A stretch of DNA of 52,826 nucleotides, from NCBI RefSeq assembly GCF_004010195.1, contig NC_057757.1, positions 3,481,851 through 3,534,676 of the forward strand. Reading direction: 5' to 3'. The notes under the pieces were generated by a model. It was not told the DNA's origin, made no database searches, and was given only the letters and a program-made list of their open reading frames with translations. The DNA comes from Chiloscyllium plagiosum (lineage: Eukaryota). Shown here piece after piece: positions 1-10,664 of the stretch (its first letter is position 1; each line of letters begins with the position of its first letter). Made by a program: the position numbers and the translations under genes.

Positions 1-346
1 GAGACATACAAGATAATCAGAAGGTTAGATAGGATGGACAGGGAGTGCCTTTTTCCAAGTATGGGAACAGCAAACACGAGGGGACACAACTTTAAAGTGA
101 GGGGAGATAGGTATAAGACAGATGTCAGAGGTAGTTTCTTTACTCAGAGTGTAGTAAGGGTATGGAATGCTTTGCCTGCAATGGTAGTAGATTCGCCAAC
201 TTTAAGTACATTTAAGTCGTTATTGGACAGGCATATGAACGTACATGGAATAGTGTAGGTGGGATGGGCTTCAGATTAGTATGCAGGGTGGCGCAACATC
301 GAGGGCCGAAGGGCCTGTACTGCGCTGTAATGTTCTATGTTCTATA
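1..346 (+). mobile_element. CR1-type LINE 3' end (ORF2 C-terminus + 3'UTR)
   Basis: Encodes TRGHNFKVRGDRYKTDVRGSFFTQSVVRVWNALP, the typical CR1 ORF2 C-terminus, and ends in a (TGTTCTA)n tail. Same family as 12011-12352, 24305-24598 and 40510-41770. Confidence 0.9.
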
Positions 347-349
347 TTA

Positions 350-840
350 ACCTCAATAAGGCCACCCCTCAGCCTCCGACACCGAGCCTATTCAATGTCT
401 CCCTATAGCTCAAAACCTCCAAGCCCAGGAACATCCTTTTAAATCTTTTCCACACCCTTTCAAGTTTAACAACATCCTTCCTTTCTGGGGGAGGGGGTGA
501 GATTGGAATTGAACACTGTATTACAAAAATAGCCTACCCAGCCTCTTCCTGTAGCTCAACCATCACTGCGCCCCTCCACCCCCACCGCCCCCCCCCCCAC
601 CTGCCCCCCCAAACCCGGCAACATCCTCGCAAATCTTTTCTGCACCCTTTCAAGTTTCACAACATCTTTCCTATAGCAGGGTGACCAGAATTGAATGCTG
701 GTGAGGACCAGAATAGGTGAGGACTGTATTCCAAAAGTGGCCTCACCAATGTTCTGTACAGCCACAACATGACCTCCCAACTCCTATGCTGAACACCTTC
801 TTCACTACCCTGTCTACCTGCGACTCCACCTTCAAAGAAT
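350..840 (-). mobile_element. CR1/HER1-like LINE fragments
   Basis: Minus-strand peptides LYRTLVRPLLEY and QFWSPCYRKDVVKLERVQKRF; rearranged. Confidence 0.8.
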
Positions 841-1754
841 GCTTGCACTCTCATCAAAAACATTGAAATGGGATGCCCCAAAAAGAATACAGCTGCGGTC
901 TAACCCAGGTTTTTTAATGGAAGATTTCAGGAGCCATTTAGTCCGGCAAGTGTTTGGTAAAGTGAATGGAATGTTGTTGATTGTTGCAAGAGGAATGAAA
1001 GCTAAAAGCAGAGAGATGTTGTTACATTTGAGCAGGCTATGTGTGAGACCACATCTGATGAGTTGCAATATGAATCATCCATTTCATATTCAAGTCCAGC
1101 AAGTGAATGACAAAGGCAAATGGAGCCTTGCCATTTATTGAATGGGCAATGGAAAGGAAATGTTATTTCCTTCGGCCCACTGAATCTGGGTTAGTCAAAG
1201 ATAATCATCTGATTATCCCCATTTTCCAGCACTTGACCCATAGCCTTGGCGCTCCTGACTTGGGGAAATATATCTTCAACATCACTGGGTCAGATTTCCA
1301 GAACTTCCTCCCAAATGGTACCTTGGGAGTTCCAATCATCCCAGAAGGCAGTTATTCTCAAATTAAATAATGGCGGACAATAAATTACACCCCCCCCCCC
1401 CCCCCTACCCAAACTAAGCGTCTACCCTACACCAAATGGGCTGCAGCAGTTCGAGAAGGCCGCTCGCAATCGCCACCTCCAGGGCAACGGAAGATGGACG
1501 ACAAATGGTGGCCCAGCCAGTGACGCCTAAGATGCATGGGATATATGCTATTGTGCGTTTATAAACATTAGTGAGAGTCATTGTGGACATGCTGAATTTC
1601 CTTAGCTTCCTGAGGATGTAGAGGTTAAAAATTAGATCGAGTCTTGGTTGATGAGAGATTCAAGATTGGCAGAGAGGAGGTGGAGGCCAGGCAGTAGAGC
1701 TGAGACCAAGTCGAATCAGTCATGTTCTTACAAACAGCAGAGTACACCGACTCA

Positions 1755-2650
1755 TTGAGTCATCAGGATGCACATCACGGAAACAGATCCTTTGGTCCAA
1801 CACATCCATGCCCACCAGATATCCTAACCTAATCTAGTCCCATTTGTCAGCACTTGACCCATATCCCTCTGAACCCATCCTATTCATATACCCATCCAGG
1901 TGCCTTTTAAGTGTTGTCATTGTACCAGCCTCCACCACTTCCTCTGGCAGCTCATTCCTACAGGTACTACACCCTGTGTGAAAAAGTTGCCCCTTAGGTC
2001 TCTTTTATATCTTTCCCCTCTCACCCTAAATCTATGCCCTCTAGTTCTGGACTCCCCCACCCCAGGGAAGAGACCTTGTCTATTTACCCTATCCATGCCC
2101 CTCATGATTTTATAAACCTCTATAAGGTCACCCCTCAGCCTCCAACGCTCCAGGGTAAACAGCCCCAGTCTATTCAGCCTCTCCCTGTAGCTCAAATTCT
2201 CCAACCCTTGCAACATCCTTGTAAATCTTTTCTGAACCCTTTCAAGTTTCATAACATCCTTGTGATAGGAAGGAGACCAGAATTGCATGCAATACTTCAC
2301 AAATGGCCTAACCAATGTCCTGTACAGCTGCAACATACCTTCCAACTCCTATACTCAATACTCTGACCAATAAAGGACTGCATACCAAATACCTTCTTCA
2401 TTATCCTGTCTACCTGTGACTCCACTTTCAAGAAAGTATGAACCTGCATGCCAAGATCTCTTTGTTCAGCAACACTCCCCAGGACCTCACCATTAAGTGC
2501 GTAAGTCCTGCTCTGATTTGTTTTTCCAAAATGCAGCACCTCGCATTTATCTAAATTAAACTCCACCAGTCATTCCTCAGTCCATTGGCCCATCTGATTA
2601 AGATCCCGTTGTAATCTGAGGTAACCTTCTTCGACGCTCACTATACCCAC
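1755..2650 (-). mobile_element. CR1/HER1-like LINE 3' fragment
   Basis: ORFs 2297-2566 (MEFNLDKCEVLHFG) and 1917-2345 (LYRTLVRP...TRGHRFRVRG), frameshifted, followed by the 3'UTR. Confidence 0.9.
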
Positions 2651-3029
2651 CTACTTCATCTCCTGTTTCTAATAGACTTGTTGATTGTAGTAAAAGGTAG
2701 ACTTGCACAAACCATTCACACGACACACGCCCTGGCACTAGGACCCTGCATCTAGAAGGCAGTCTGGGAGGCCTGGAATGTTTACCCTCTGTCTGGAAAC
2801 AGGGAGGGATGGCCTCTGACATGAATATTCCCCACTGTGGATTCTTGCGTTGCCAGATTTGTCACTTGGAGTGCTAACAAATGGCAACATTACTCATGGT
2901 CACAATATGTCCTGACTTAGCAAGCAAACTGATTCACTCTTGTACACAGCCCCTGGCTCACTGACTCTCAACATTTATCCCACGAAACAATATTATCGAA
3001 ATGCATCAATCCCCAGAAACGAGACGACT

Positions 3030-3655
3030 GAAGAAGGGGTTTGCCTTTGTTGGTCAGTGCGTTGAGTATTGGAATTGGGAGGTCATGTTGCAGCTGTACA
3101 GGACATTGGTTAGGTCACTTTTCAAATACTGCGTTCACTTCTGGCCTCCATGCTGGAGCAAAGATGTTGTGAAACTGAAAAGGGCGCAGAGAAGATTTAC
3201 AAGGATGTTGCCGGGGTTGGAGGGTTTGCCTTATAAGGAGAGGCTGAATAGTCTGGGACTTTTTCATTGGGACGTCGGAGGCTGAGGGGTGACCTTATAG
3301 AGGTTTATAAAATCATGATGGGTACAGATAAGGTGAAGGGCAGGTGTCTTTTCCCTAGAGTGGGGGGGATTTCAAGACTAGCAGGCATATTTTTTAAAAT
3401 GAGAGGGGCAAAGATTTTAAAAAGACATGAGGGGGAAACATTTTTACACCGAGATTGGTTCATGTGTGGAATGAACTTCCAGAGGAAGTGGTGGATGCAA
3501 GTACAGTTACAATGTTTAAAAGGCATTTGGATAAGTTTACTGAATAAGAAATGTTTGGAGGGATACGCTGGGGCAGGACTAGTTTAGTTTGGGATTATGG
3601 TCGGCATGGACTGGTTGGATCAAATGGTGTGTTTCCATGCTGGACAACTCAATAA
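3030..3655 (+). mobile_element. CR1/HER1-like LINE 3' fragment
   Basis: EVMLQLYRTLVR...[14 protein letters not shown], frameshifted, with 3'UTR. Confidence 0.85.
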
Positions 3656-4264
3656 GATCATCCGCACATGCACAAACGCAGGTAATGATGGTTATTTTAA
3701 GAACGGAGATTGACACAGACAGAACAAAATGAAGTCATGATGTTTAAGGCTTCTTAAAGTTTATAATGTATTAGAACTTAGGCTATGGTCCTAAAGCAGG
3801 AAAGTGGGACGAGTGTAGGTAGTTGTATACTTTTGGCAGTACAGTCTCAATGGGTCGAAGGGTCCATTCTATACTGTATGATTCTAAACTTGATGCTGCA
3901 GTTGATTAATTGTTGACTCCTGTCTGCAGCATTAGCAGATTCTGGAGTGATGTTTTCCCAGAAATAAAACCAGCAAGTGTTGCAGAAACCCAGCAGGTCT
4001 GGTAGCATGTGTGGAGAGAAAGCAGAGTTAACGTTTCATGTCACTTTTTCACGTAGAGAGTCTTACCGCAACTGTACAAGGTGCTGGGGAGACCACATCT
4101 GGAGTTTTGCTTCCCTTGTTTAAAACAAGATATCATTTCATCGGAGGTAGTTCAGATAAAGTTCACTCAGGTGATCCCTGGGATGGAGGGATTGTCTTAT
4201 GGGTAAAGGCTAAGCAGATTGAGTCTCTACTCTCTGGAGTTTAGCAGAATGAGAGGTGTCTTTA

Positions 4265-4610
4265 AAGTCATACAGCACAGAAACAGACCCTTCATTCCAA
4301 CTCGTCCACAATGACCAGGTTTACTCAACTTGAGTCCCATCTGCCAGCACTTGGCCTCTATTCATGTACCTGTCAAAATGCCTTTTAAATGTTGTCATTG
4401 TCCCAGCCTTCAGCTTTTCCTCTGACAGTTCATTCCATTAGCGTCACTCTCCAAGTGAAAATGTTGCCCCTTGGGTCCCTTTTAAATCTTTCCCCTCTCA
4501 CCTTAAACCTATGCCCTCTAGTTTTGACCCCGGGGAAAAGACCATGGCTGTTCACCCAATCCATGTCCCACAGGACTTTATAAACCTTGATGAGGTTACC
4601 CCTTAATCTC
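4265..4610 (-). mobile_element. CR1/HER1-like LINE 3' fragment
   Basis: RLRGNLIKVYKV...TRGHRFKVRG plus 3'UTR. Confidence 0.8.
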
Positions 4611-4719
4611 ATTTAAGGGGTTTGACAGGGTCAGTGCTGAGAGGATGCTCCACCTCACAGGGGAGTCTAGGACCAGACGGCACATTCTCAGAATAAAGGG
4701 GCACCGATTTAATCAGAGA

Positions 4720-5098
4720 ATTGCTACAGTGTGGCAGCAGACCAGTCGGCCTATCAAGTCCACACTGATCCTTGTAAGACAATCCCATCCAGACCCACCC
4801 CTCCCCCTTACCCCTGCACTTCCCCATGGTTAATCCACCCTAAACTGCACATCTCTGGGTACTATGGGACAATTTAGCACGGCCAATCCACCCAAACCTG
4901 CACATCCCTGGATATTATGGAGCAATTTCCCATGGCCAGTCCACCCTGACCTGCACAACTTTGGTCTGTGGGAGGAAATCAGAGCACCCGGAGGAAACCC
5001 ATGCAGACACAGGGAGAATGTGCAAACTCTATATAGACAGTCGCCCGAAGCGGGATTGAACCTGGGTCCCTGGCAGCAGTGCTAATCACTGAGCCACA
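4720..5098 (-). mobile_element. HE1 V-SINE with internal 53-bp duplication
   Basis: tRNA-like A/B boxes, V-domain GGGTTTCCTCCGGGTGCTC, LINE-like tail. Confidence 0.85.
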
Positions 5099-5131
5099 GT
5101 ACTACTCCCCCAACCCTGAAAAATTCCTCTA

Positions 5132-5192
5132 CGGCCCCAGTGAGAATCAAACTCATGACCATAGGTTTTCAAGACCAGTTCTCTTTGGAGCC
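5132..5192 (-). pseudogene. Degenerate tRNA-Thr(UGU)-derived pseudogene
   Basis: The minus strand reads GGCTCCAAAGAGAACTGGTCTTGAAAACCTATGGTCATGAGTTTGATTCTCACTGGGGCC. This is collinear with vertebrate tRNA-Thr(TGT) as I recall it (GGCTCCA...AGAGCACTGGTCTTGTAAACC...CTCGCTGGGGCC). The D-arm is mostly deleted and the anticodon now reads TGA. A T5 run lies just downstream (5119-5123). Confidence 0.75.
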
Positions 5193-5479
5193 TATGATGG
5201 AGCACGCTTCCCATTGGCTTGGTTTATTTTCTCTTTCTCTGAATGTTTAAGGCAAACAGACAAGCCTTTATTTAGTTTCCTAACCCTGATTGTATTAACA
5301 GCTGCATTTGACAGCACGCCCTTAGCAACCAGTTGAGTAGACCACTGGAGAGACTAAACATCAACAACAACGATGGAATGCTTTCCCAATGTGCGGTGGC
5401 AAATATAGGAAGAGATGAAGACCATTCAGCGCCTACGCTCCTGTCTAGCCATCCAGTTGGATAGTCCCTGACTCTTCCT

Positions 5480-5816
5480 CATAGAATCCCTACAGTGTGG
5501 GAACAGGCCCTTCGGCCCAACATGTGCACACCAACCCTCTGAAGAGAATCCGCCCAGGCACATTCCCCTCCCCTATTATCCTACATTTACCCCTGACTAA
5601 TGCACCTAACCTACACATCTCTGAACACTACAGGATAATTTAGCCATAACCTGCGCATCTTTGGACTATGGGAGGAAACCAGAGCACCCGGAGGAAACCC
5701 ACGTAGACACAGGGAGAATGTACAGACTCCGCACAGTCGCCCGAGGGTGGAATTGAACCTGGGTCCCTGGTGCTGTGAGGCAGCAGTGCTAACCACTGAG
5801 CCACTGTGCCACCCCA
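5480..5816 (-). mobile_element. HE1 V-SINE
   Basis: Full-length HE1 pattern: tRNA head, V-domain, tail. Confidence 0.9.
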
Positions 5817-5974
5817 CTTCGTTTCCTGAGTTTGTTTCTTGCTTTCTCAGAAATCTGATAAGGTTGGCATCTGTACCCTGCCTCCGTCTACGGCCTGGGC
5901 AAAGGTGGCTCCATGTCAAACATTGGGAGCAGGATTAGGCCATTCAGCCTCTCGCTCTGCCCTTCAATATTTGA

Positions 5975-6368
5975 CTTGTTTATTTATTATCAGGTACGGG
6001 TCCCCTTGGCTGCTGGAGCGATAGTTGCCATCTCCAGTGCCCGCTTCCCCTCCACCAACCACGAGTCCTTGCTGGAGCTCACCAACGCAGACGCCCATCG
6101 GGTACTGCACCAACCCAAACCCGGCTCCATCACTGCCCCCCACCCCGGGATGCCTTGTCGGGGGTGGGTGGGCACTAGGATCACCCCATCAATGCAGAAG
6201 CTTCTGAACACACTTCTGACCAATACCGTCATTGCTCTTCGACAAGAGGCGAGTGAGATAAAAGGAAAGAGGAAAGAGAAAGGAAAAAGAGACGAGGGTG
6301 AGAGAAGAAACATGGACAGAGCAGACGGGTACCATGCTGGGAAGCGTTCCTCCACCGCCATCTTTGGG
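5975..6368 (-). mobile_element. Putative non-autonomous element (AAGATGGCGG head, Rex/Babar-like tail), short copy
   Basis: Head AAGATGGCGG...GTCTGCTC...ATGTTT followed by a pyrimidine tract, matching 18300-18390. GC-rich body; ends GTACCTGATAATAAATAAAC. Confidence 0.4.
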
Positions 6369-6444
6369 ACCATGGCTGACCATTGGGTGCTGTACCCTAA
6401 CCCTTCCCTCCACCTCTCCTCTCCAAATCTCGACCAGATACAGC

Positions 6445-7215
6445 CAAACAAAAAGACCTTGGAAAGCATGTACACTGTTCCTTGAAAGTGGAGTTGCAGG
6501 TAGACAGAATAGTGAAGAAGACGTTTGGTATGCTTTCCTTTATTGGTCAGAGTATTGAGTACAGGAGTTGGGAGGTCATGTTGTGGCTGTACAGGACATT
6601 GGTGAGGCCACTTTTGGAATACAGTGGGTTCAGATATAACGTGATCATTTCATTCTCGTGCGATCCCACGTTATAAGAAAATTGCACAATAGCTGTGCCT
6701 ATTAAACTAACCGGGGGCAGAATCACATTATGGCCAATACAGGTAAGGAAAATTCACATTCTGCAAATAATGGTCTAAACTCTTCAATCGTGTTAAAGCT
6801 GATTCACATTGAAGAAACACCCGTTATAGCAGAACTGACTGTACTACATTCAGTTCTGGTCTCCCCGCTATAGGAAAGATGCTGTGAAACTTGAAAGGGT
6901 TCAGAAAGGATTTACAAGGATGTTGCCGGGGTTGAACGGTTTGAATTATAAGGAGTGGCTGTTTTACCTGGAGGGTCAGAGGCTGAGGGGTGACCTTATA
7001 GAGGTTTGTAAAATCATGAGGGGCATGGATAGAGTGAATAGCCAAGGTCTTTTCCTGGGGTGAGGGAATCCAGAACTAATGGGCAAAGGTGAGAGGGACA
7101 AGATATAAAAGGGACCTGAGTGGCAACTTATTCACGCAGAGGATGGTGCGTGTATGGAACGAGCTGCCAGAGGAAGTGGTGGAGGTTGGTACAATTACAA
7201 CATTAAAAAGGCATC
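6445..7215 (+). mobile_element. CR1/HER1-like LINE fragment split by a MITE
   Basis: KVELQVDRIVKKTFGMLSFIGQSIEYRSWEVM...PLLEY, then resumes at QFWSP after 6843. Confidence 0.9.
6622..6841. mobile_element. Tc1/mariner (Tigger/pogo-like) MITE, 220 bp
   Basis: TA TSD at 6620-21 and 6842-43. 20-bp TIRs CAGTGGGTTCAGATATAACG and (reverse complement) CAGTCAGTTCTGCTATAACG, 4 mismatches. Removing it restores the LINE sequence. Confidence 0.85.
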
Positions 7216-7367
7216 GGAATGGGCTGAATGGCCTTTATCTGCACTGTAAGGATTCTAGAAGGATAGGTTTGTGATAAACACAAGGGATTGGGCAAGAATG
7301 TGGGGAGATCAGACCAGTCATGATCTTGTTGGATGATGTGTGCAGTTCTGGTCTCCCTGTGATGAGA

Positions 7368-7520
7368 AGGTCAAAAATCACATAACGCCAGGCTATAGCC
7401 CAACAGGTTAATTTGAAATTGTGAGCTTTCGGAGCCTCACTCCTTCTTCAGGTGCTAATGAGAGAGGAGACATCCGACACAGAATCTATAAGTAAAAGAT
7501 CAAAGAGTCATACAAGTTAG
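7368..7520 (-). mobile_element. Penelope-like terminal-repeat fragment (family 2)
   Basis: Homologous to 9293-9470; contains a hammerhead-like motif. Confidence 0.6.
7423..7451 (-). ncRNA. Minimal hammerhead ribozyme motif (family 2)
   Basis: CTGAAGA-A-GGAG(tgagg)CTCC-GAA-AGCT-C: both catalytic boxes, a 4-bp helix II and a palindromic AGCT in place of helix III. Confidence 0.6.
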
Positions 7521-8134
7521 AGTGAGAGGCGAAAACTTTAAAAGGGACCTAAGGGGCAACATTTTCACACAGAGGATGGTGCGTGTATGGAATGAGCTGC
7601 CAGAGGAAGTGGTGGAGGCCAGTACAATTACAGCATTTAAAAGGCATCTGGATGGGTATATGAATAGGAAGGGCTTAGAGGGATATGGGCCAAGTGTTGT
7701 CGAATGGGACTAGATTAGGTTCGGATAACTGGCCAGCATCCACGCTGGACATCTCTAAGGCTCTGTGACTCATTGAGTGTGTGGGTCCCCCTGTCATGCA
7801 AGTAGAGTCCCAGCAGATTGACCTGTTTAAAAATAAGGAAACATCCATTTTTTCAATCATATTGAGTCTTTGAAATTCCCTTCTTCAAAAGGCGATGGAT
7901 GCAGAAACTTTAAATATTTATTTTTAAGGCAGAGACAGATAGATTCTTGTCGACTGAGAGGATGAAGGACTATTGGGGGTGGGGATGTGCAGAGAATGTA
8001 GGGTTGAATCCCAAATCAGATCAGCCAATGATCTTATTGAATGGCGGGGCAGGCTCGAAGGGCTGAATGGCCTAATGCTGTTCCTTGTTCATATGTTTGA
8101 ATGTACCTTGAAAGGAACAGCTAAAAAAGAATCA

Positions 8135-8698
8135 TAAGGATGTACAGCACTGAAACAGACCCTTTGGAGCAACTCGTCAATGTCGACCAGATATCCCAAC
8201 CTAATCTAGTCCCATTTGGCAGCATTTGGCTCATATCCCTCCAAACCCTTCCTATTCATATATGCATCCAGATGCCTTTTAAATACTGTAATTGTACCAG
8301 CCTCCACCACTTTCTCTGGCAGCTCATTCCATACATGCACCATCCTCTGTGTGAAAATGTTGCCCATCAGGTCCCTTTTAAATCTTCCCCCTCTCACCCT
8401 AAACTCTCTAGTTCTGGACAGCCCCCACCCCAGGGAAAAGACCTTATCTATTTACCCTGCCCATGCCCCTCATGATTTTGTAAACCTCTATAAGGTCACC
8501 CCTCAGCCTCCGATGCTCCAGGGAAAACAGCCCCAGCCTGTTCAGCCTCTCCCTATAACTCAAATCCTCCAATCCTGGCTACATCCTTGTAAATCTTCTT
8601 TGAACCCTTTTAAGTTTTACAATATCCTTCCAATTGGAGGGAGACCAGAACTGCACGCAATATTCCAAAAGTAGCCTAACCAACATCCTGCACAGCCG
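8135..8698 (-). mobile_element. CR1/HER1-like LINE 3' fragment
   Basis: RFKRDLMGNIFTQRMVHVWNELPE plus 3'UTR. Confidence 0.9.
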
Positions 8699-9331
8699 AG
8701 ATGTATTTTCAAGTCAGGATAACGCCTATTGTGGGGTGGTCTTCATAGGGTTGAGTGCCTCTCAACGTTCATTGCCCGTCCATGAACTGGGTGCCTTGCT
8801 GGGCCATCATTCAGTGGGCGGAAAGGAGATGGCTCCGTCACTGTGGGTCTCTCAGCCTGGCGTGGACTTCCACCGTGATTCCAGAGCCATTTCCCAACCT
8901 CCAGTCTGGGGTCAGTGCTCAGTGTAGGTGCTGGTGTGGGCTCGGTTGGAAGGATGGTTATTCTGAACTTTTCATTTCTCTATATTATAATTTATTCCCA
9001 CCATCTGCAATGCTTGACCTTTTTTCTGCCCCCTAAGAATTTGCATTGAAGAATCTGTACCTTGAGACCTTGTACCTGAGATGGCACCATGCAGTTTGTT
9101 TTTATTCACTGGATGTGCACATCGCTGGCTCGGCTAGCATTTATTGCCTGGAGGGCAGTTAAGAGTCAACCACATCGCTGTGGGTCTGGAGTCACATGTG
9201 GGCCAGAACAGCAGTTTCCTTCTCTAAAGGGCATTAGTGAACCAGATGGGGATTTTTTTTCCAACAATGGATTCATGGTTATCCTTAGACACAGTTAAAA
9301 ATCACACCACACCAGGTTATAGATTTGGAAG

Positions 9332-9366
9332 CACTAGCTTTCAGAGCGCTGCTCCTTCATCAAGTG
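9332..9366 (-). ncRNA. Minimal hammerhead ribozyme motif (family 2, C3 mutated)
   Basis: CAC-TTGATGA-A-GGAGC(agc)GCTCT-GAA-AGCT-A-GTG; helix I is CAC/GTG. Confidence 0.55.
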
Positions 9367-9476
9367 GTTGTGGAGTATAAGATCGTAATACACAGAATTT
9401 ATAGCAAAAGTTTACAGTGTGCTGTAACTGAAATTATATCTTGAAAAGACCTGTAAGTTGTAAGTTCTTTTAATGG

Positions 9477-9778
9477 GGGTGGCACAGTGTCTCAGTGGTT
9501 AGCACTGCTGCCTCACAGCACCAGGTACCTGGGTTCGATTCCTGCCTTGTGTGACTGTCTGTGTGAAGTTTGCACATTCTCCCTGTGTCTGCGTGGGCTT
9601 CCTCCGGGTGCTCCGGTTTCCCCCCACAATCCAAAGATGTGCAAGCCAGGTGAATTGGCTAAATTGGCCATAGTGATAGATGCATGAGTTAGGGGAATGG
9701 GTCTGGGTGGGTTATTCTTCGGAGGATCTGCGTTGGGCTGAAGGGCCTGTTTCCATATTGTAGGAAATCTAATCAAAT
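9477..9778 (+). mobile_element. HE1 V-SINE
   Basis: Full-length pattern, nested in the PLE insertion. Confidence 0.9.
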
Positions 9779-9995
9779 GAGCTTTAACAATTGGTGTCAT
9801 GTCAACCCAGATAATGCATTTAAGGTGTGAGCTGGTGTTTTGTGATTTTTAACTTTGTACATCCCTGTCTAACACCAGCATCTCCAGATCATCCTTCGAC
9901 ACTTGCTTCCAGATTTTACTGAGTCCATGCTTCACCATCTGTCGTGGTGTTTGAATCCAGGTCCCCAGAACATTAGCTGGGCCTTTGCATTAACA

Positions 9996-10124
9996 TTCCT
10001 GAAGAAGGGCTTGTGCCCGAAACGTCGATTCTCCTGTTCCTTGGATGCTGCCTGACCTGCTGTGCTTTTCCAGCAACACATTTTCAGCTCTGATCCCCAG
10101 CATCTGCAGCCCTCGCTTTCTCCT
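9996..10124 (+). mobile_element. 129-bp Penelope-derived insertion (family 1)
   Basis: 14-bp TSD CCTTTGCATTAACA (9982-95, 10125-38). The sequence matches the 3' end of the PLE at 21407-22226. Confidence 0.8.
9999..10026 (+). ncRNA. Minimal hammerhead ribozyme motif (family 1)
   Basis: CTGAAGA-A-GGGC(ttgt)GCCC-GAA-ACGT-C: intact core with a GUC cleavage triplet. Confidence 0.7.
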
Positions 10125-10239
10125 CCTTTGCATTAACAATCAAGTGACAATACCACAAGGCCATTGTCTCCCCAGTGGGGATGTGTGAACTTTTCACTGC
10201 ACTCAAGTGACAACGAAGCTAATTCAACTCTTTGGCCAG

Positions 10240-10363
10240 GAATGGAGCTTTGCCTCCACCACATAACCTTGATTGGACGGTGGGGGAGGGGTCATTGGCC
10301 AATAGAACTCCACTGCAGTACCTTCGTGAGACCATCTCCTCCATCAATGGTTTCATTGTCACG
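10240..10363 (+). CDS. Candidate internal exon, unidentified gene (NGALPPPHNLDWTVGEGSLANRTPLQYLRETISSINGFIVT)
   Basis: Unique sequence. Branch-like CTAAT plus ...ctctttggccAG acceptor, ACG|GTGAGA donor, open frame in phase 2 to 0. No homology recognised. Confidence 0.3.
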
Positions 10364-10664
10364 GTGAGAAATTTCCCAACCCACCGTCAGATTCCAATGA
10401 CCTGGCACATCCTGCCATTTTCCGAGAATCCGGCTCATTCGTAAATATGCCACGCGACAGGCATGTTGAAAGCAAACGGAATTGTGGCTCTGTTTGCTTG
10501 TGATGACATGCTATTGATCCGGAGAGTTAAGCTTTGAACTCGAGGTTAACTCTCCACCGGGAATATGCAACACGGAGGATAGTAGGGTTTTGAGGATCTC
10601 TCGCGGTTGACAGATTGAGTAGATTGGGGCTATAACTCATTGAAATTTAGAAGAATAGGGGGCT

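Larger units (their letters stand above)
9293..9890. mobile_element. Penelope-like family 2 insertion with inverted ends
   Basis: 12-bp TSD ATCCTTAGACAC / ATCCTTCGACAC (9281-92, 9891-9902). The left end AGTTAAAAATCAC is inverted at ~9833-9854. An HE1 is nested inside. Confidence 0.7.
9098..10172 (-). mobile_element. tRNA-derived SINE family 2 (SlmI/MetaSINE-like), host of nested insertions
   Basis: Reverse complement of the element at 41908-42265 (CCCATCTGGTTCACTAATG...GACTCCAGACCCACAGC). Interrupted at 9293-9890 and 9996-10124. Confidence 0.7.

Noticed and set aside
5318..5331. RFX X-box-like CCCTTAGCAAC
   Set aside because: Half-site only, with no CpG island or demonstrable TSS.
5994..6248. 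255-nt in-frame + strand exon with a GC donor (GAG|GCGAGT), and the overlapping 190-aa and 161-aa ORFs
   Set aside because: It lies within the GC-rich body of the putative AAGATGGC-headed repeat, and no protein similarity was recognised. Not fully excluded.
10521..10555. 10-bp hairpin GGAGAGTTAA/TTAACTCTCC
   Set aside because: Too short for a pre-miRNA; the AGAGTTAA motif resembles a collapsed PLE family-3 end.
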